Shown here piece by piece: positions 60,568 to 64,000 of a stretch of 64,000 nucleotides of DNA. The notes below the pieces were generated by a model. That model had not been told where the DNA came from, did not search any database, and worked only from the letters and a program-made list of their open reading frames with translations. This stretch comes from an uncultured delta proteobacterium. Its GTDB lineage: Bacteria > Desulfobacterota > Binatia > Binatales > Binataceae. Location: positions 64,001 through 128,000 of the forward strand of contig CAVRVY010000004.1 of assembly GCA_963724765.1 (NCBI GenBank), in the 5' to 3' direction. Positions within the stretch are counted from its first letter, which is position 1; each line of letters starts with the position of its first letter. A program made the position numbers and the translations under genes.

Positions 60568-61536
60568 TTACTTTATTACGATCGGGTTGACCGGTGAACC
60601 GGCCCCGCCGACCACCTTTAACGGAGCGCCCACGAACAGGAACGTGTACTGGCCGTCTTTGGCGCAGTCCTCGGCGAGGTCGTGCGTCCAATCGATTTCG
60701 TTGAAGATCACGCCCTGGTAATGGAGCAGCGCCATGTGCAGCGGGATCATCGTGCCGCTCTCTTCATGAAAGGTCTGCTCGGTGGCGATCGTGTCGCTGC
60801 CGACCGACGGGATCTCCATCTCGTGGAACCACTTGGCCAGCTCAAGGCTGTAGCCCAGCCCCGGCTCGTTGAACACGCCCTTGGGGAAGATGCCCTCGAT
60901 GCCCTTGTCGTAGAAGCGCTTGAGCCATCCGGTGTGGACGATGATGATGTCGTGCTTCTCGATCGGCGAGTTCTGCTTCTTGGCCGCGGCGAGCAGGTCG
61001 TCGAGCGTGATTCGCTCGCCGGCGTCCAGGCTTTCCTTGCCCTTGAAGCGCGCCGCGTCGATCAGCACGCCACGTCCCACAACGCCGTGCTCGGCGATCG
61101 GCTTGATCGAACACTTCTCCAGGCTGCCCATCGTGGTCTTGGCGTCGTAGCCGTTGTAGAGCGTGTCGCCGTGCCAGACGTGACCCAGCGCGTCGTACTG
61201 GGTGGTGCCCTGCAGATACATCGTGATCACGTCGTCGGCGTACTCCAGCCCGCCGGGGAACGGCTGCGCCTTGCCGCTGATGTAGTGGCCCTTGTCCATC
61301 GCATTCGTGCGAATTGGCTGCGAGCGCGAGGGATAGAGCGGGTCGCCCTGCGGCCGGGCCACCGGCACGCCCAAGGTGAAGACCTTGCCCTGCTTGACGG
61401 CGCGGACGCCGCGCAGGACCTCGGCGCTGGTCAGGAAGTTGAGCGCGCCGATTTCGTCATTGGGTCCAAAACGGCCCCAGTTTTTGGGCGCGTCCTTCAG
61501 AAGCTCGCTGAAATGTACGGGTTTGGTGGCTGCCAT
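60568..61536 (-). CDS. Cyclase family (kynurenine formamidase-like) protein
   Basis: NWGRFG..DEIGALN, TQYDALGH, GRGVLID, HTGW, GSPVNP. Confidence 0.92.
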   Translation of the reverse strand: MAATKPVHFSELLKDAPKNWGRFGPNDEIGALNFLTSAEVLRGVRAVKQGKVFTLGVPVARPQGDPLYPSRSQPIRTNAMDKGHYISGKAQPFPGGLEYADDVITMYLQGTTQYDALGHVWHGDTLYNGYDAKTTMGSLEKCSIKPIAEHGVVGRGVLIDAARFKGKESLDAGERITLDDLLAAAKKQNSPIEKHDIIIVHTGWLKRFYDKGIEGIFPKGVFNEPGLGYSLELAKWFHEMEIPSVGSDTIATEQTFHEESGTMIPLHMALLHYQGVIFNEIDWTHDLAEDCAKDGQYTFLFVGAPLKVVGGAGSPVNPIVIK

Positions 61537-61837
61537 AGTGCTCCTCTTGCCAATAAGCTCAAGCAATCTCGTTCCTTACCGCGTTATGCCTTCTGACGCA
61601 AACCTAACACGATCCGGCAGTAGTCCCATTGCGGATCAGTGGCTTGGGCGATCGGTGCTACCGTCAGCCATAATCGATATGCGACGCCGGCTGCCAGTCG
61701 CGGCCGCGCAGCACGCGCTTGGCCGCCTTTGGCGTGGGCATCTGACACGACGTCCGCTTTGGCGGTATGCTATGAATAGTTCCCTATGGGACTTACGCAC
61801 CGGTCGATAAACCCTGGCTTCTCGAAGGAGCGTGTTG

Positions 61838-63229
61838 ATGACAACGCTGAAGCGTCGACGCTATTTGTCGCTGCTCACCTGCTGTCTTGTTGCGGTTTTA
61901 TGGACAAGTGGTCATTCATTCTCGGTCGCGTGGGCGCAGGCAGAAGCTCCGGGAGAGGCTCCGCCGCCGGAGGCCGCGGCTCCGGTTGCACCGGAGGCGC
62001 CGGCGCCGCTTTCAAGTGACGAACTCAACCAGTTGGTAGCGCCGATCGCACTGTATCCGGACGCCCTGGTCGCACAAATCCTGGCCGGCTCGACTTATCC
62101 AACCGAGGTCGTCGAAGCAGCCCGCTGGCAAGGCGCAAACTCTGGCCTCAGCGGGGGCAGCCTGGCGGCGGCCGTCGACAGCCAGGATTGGGACCCCAGC
62201 ATCAAGGCGCTGACCCAATTTCCTTCGGTGTTGGCGAACATGAACAACAATCTCTCGTGGACCTCCGCGCTTGGCCAGGCCTACTACTATCAACCCGAGG
62301 ACGTACTCAACGCCGTTCAGGTGATGCGCCAAAGAGCGCTCGCCGCCAGGACACTGGTGAACACGCCTCAACAAACGGTAGTCGATCAGAATGGCGTGAT
62401 CATGATCGAGCCGGTCAATCCCGATGAGGTTTATGTTCCGAACTATAATCCTGGTGCTATATACGGCGCCCCGGAGGCGATATACCCAGGATACTCGATG
62501 GGAGAGATGATCGGCGCCGGAGTATTGGCGTTCGGCGCCGGCGTGGCGGTCGGTGTGCTTGCGAACCAGGCGTGGGGATGGCACGGCTGGAATACCGACT
62601 GGCATCACCATCATGTGATGTATCAAAATAATGCATACGTTTCGAATACCAACACCTTTGCCTCTGTAGGTTCCTATGGTGGAGGGTATCGCGGCGGTGG
62701 CGGCGGTAACTTCAACCGCCAGGGAGGGCTCAGCGCTCCCGTCGCTGGCCGTCCGCAGGCAGCCGCCGGACGCGGCCCGCGCGAGATGGGCGCTCCGGCC
62801 GCCGCGGCCCGTCCCGAGGCAGGCGCCAGACCAGCCAACCGACCCGGCGCGCCGGAAAATCGCGCGGCTAACGAGAATCCGCAGGTGGCCAATCGCGGTC
62901 CACGCGAGATGGGCGCTCCGGCCGCCGCGGCCCATCCGCAGGCAGGCGCCAGACCAGCCAACAGAGCCAACGCGCCGGCAGCTGTGCGAAATAACCCCAG
63001 GCCGCAGGCCAATCCCTACCGCGGCTTTGCCAAGGCTCCGGCTACAGGCCTGAACAAAACCGCTTTCGCCAGGATCGCTCCAGGTCGCGAGGCTATAGCG
63101 GCCAGCGCCCGTGGCCAGGCCAGCTTGGGTCGGGCGCCGGCCCGCGCAGCGGCACCGGCTCACGCTGCTGCGCGACCTGCCGCACGACCTGCCGCGCGGC
63201 CAGCTGCGCCTGCGGCCCATAAGCGTTGA
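61838..63229 (+). CDS. DUF3300 domain protein with low-complexity C-terminus
   Basis: LVAPIALYPD.L.AQIL..STYP, WDPSIKAL..FP.VL, VYVP.YNP. Confidence 0.92.
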   Translation: MTTLKRRRYLSLLTCCLVAVLWTSGHSFSVAWAQAEAPGEAPPPEAAAPVAPEAPAPLSSDELNQLVAPIALYPDALVAQILAGSTYPTEVVEAARWQGANSGLSGGSLAAAVDSQDWDPSIKALTQFPSVLANMNNNLSWTSALGQAYYYQPEDVLNAVQVMRQRALAARTLVNTPQQTVVDQNGVIMIEPVNPDEVYVPNYNPGAIYGAPEAIYPGYSMGEMIGAGVLAFGAGVAVGVLANQAWGWHGWNTDWHHHHVMYQNNAYVSNTNTFASVGSYGGGYRGGGGGNFNRQGGLSAPVAGRPQAAAGRGPREMGAPAAAARPEAGARPANRPGAPENRAANENPQVANRGPREMGAPAAAAHPQAGARPANRANAPAAVRNNPRPQANPYRGFAKAPATGLNKTAFARIAPGREAIAASARGQASLGRAPARAAAPAHAAARPAARPAARPAAPAAHKR

Positions 63230-63319
63230 GCAGAGCAAGGCCTCGAGGCGAGCCTGGAGGATAGACTGCGCAACGCGCCCCTGGGGGATGCCAGGGCCTT
63301 ACCAAATAAGGAAAGAGCA

Positions 63320-64000
63320 ATGCTTCAAGCGAGAGACTATAAGCGAGCAAGCGTCGGCGGCCGGCTAATCCTAAAGATCCTACTCATCGGCATGGTAGTC
63401 GGCGGGTTTGGCGCCTCGCGGACCACCTTCGCGCAGGAGGCTGGGCAGAAGACCTTCAGCTCGCCCGCCGCCGCGGCCGACGCGCTGGCCGCGGCCGCAC
63501 AGAAACAGGATAAACAGGAAATGATGGCGATTTTAGGTCACTCCGGCCAGGAATTGATTTTCTCCGGGGATCGAGTTGCCGACAAGGAAAACAGTAATCA
63601 TTTTGTCGAGAAGTATCATGAGATGCATCGGTTCGTTACCACCCGCTCGGGACGAGTGTTCATATATATAGGCGCGGAGAACTGGCCGCTTGCAATTCCG
63701 CTCAAAAAAAACGGCGCCAAATGGTATTTCGATACATCGTACGGCAAGCAGGAGGTACTATATCGCCGGATTGGGACTAACGAGCTGAATGTGATCAAAG
63801 TCTGCCAGGAAATAGTCAATAGCGAGCGGGAATACTATGCCGCTCTCCACGACGGCAGCTCGTTGCATCAATATGCTCAGAAATTCAGAAGCACTCCCGG
63901 AAAGCAGGACGGTCTATACTGGGAGGTCAAGTCAAGTGAGCAGCCGGAAAGTCCTCTGGGTCCACTGGTAGCCGAAGCCGCCAGTGAAGGCTACAAGCAT
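63320..64000 (+). CDS. DUF2950 family protein (partial, runs off window)
   Basis: Open frame to the window end: QKTFSSP..AADAL, SGD.VAD, WPLAIPL, RRIG.NEL, YAQKF.STPGKQDGLYW, SPLGPL; usual partner of DUF3300; absent from the track because there is no stop. Confidence 0.9.
   Translation, partial: MLQARDYKRASVGGRLILKILLIGMVVGGFGASRTTFAQEAGQKTFSSPAAAADALAAAAQKQDKQEMMAILGHSGQELIFSGDRVADKENSNHFVEKYHEMHRFVTTRSGRVFIYIGAENWPLAIPLKKNGAKWYFDTSYGKQEVLYRRIGTNELNVIKVCQEIVNSEREYYAALHDGSSLHQYAQKFRSTPGKQDGLYWEVKSSEQPESPLGPLVAEAASEGYKH

Overview
GC-rich bacterial chromosome segment. The gene families suggest Candidatus Binatota or a deltaproteobacteria-like lineage (inference). Positions 1-6578 are a decayed integrated element or island abutting the 3' end of tRNA-Phe. 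It carries an unusual tRNA-like gene (GCA/Cys anticodon, long variable arm, tRNA-Sec-like D-arm) fused to a fragment of a small secreted-protein gene, an orphan Flp pilin, an AlpA/excisionase-like gene broken by an in-frame TGA, and many small ORFs. Positions 6579-23190 are core genes: tRNA-Phe, gshB, rsmE, prmA, a glpQ-like gene, dnaG, tRNA-Ile2, a zinc-ribbon protein, rnpB, an ArsA-like ATPase, rmuC, a DUF482 GNAT-like gene, clpS, clpA, nadB, pgsA and tRNA-Gly. rpoD is missing from its usual place after dnaG. Beyond tRNA-Gly lie a short variable region and accessory metabolism: an IorAB-like molybdoenzyme, an acyltransferase, YtcA/HlyD/FUSC/TolC efflux, an M24 peptidase, an AhpD/CMD-like selenoprotein (CxxU with in-frame UGA plus SECIS hairpin, split into two ORFs in the track), an esterase, a YCF48/RND/DUF1302/DUF1329 cluster, kelch and VWA proteins, an amidohydrolase, MetE-II, an enoyl-CoA hydratase, three class III CoA-transferases, a cyclase, and DUF3300/DUF2950. 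No CRISPR array, rRNA or intact integrase or transposase was seen. All calls come from reading motifs by eye; no database searches were run.
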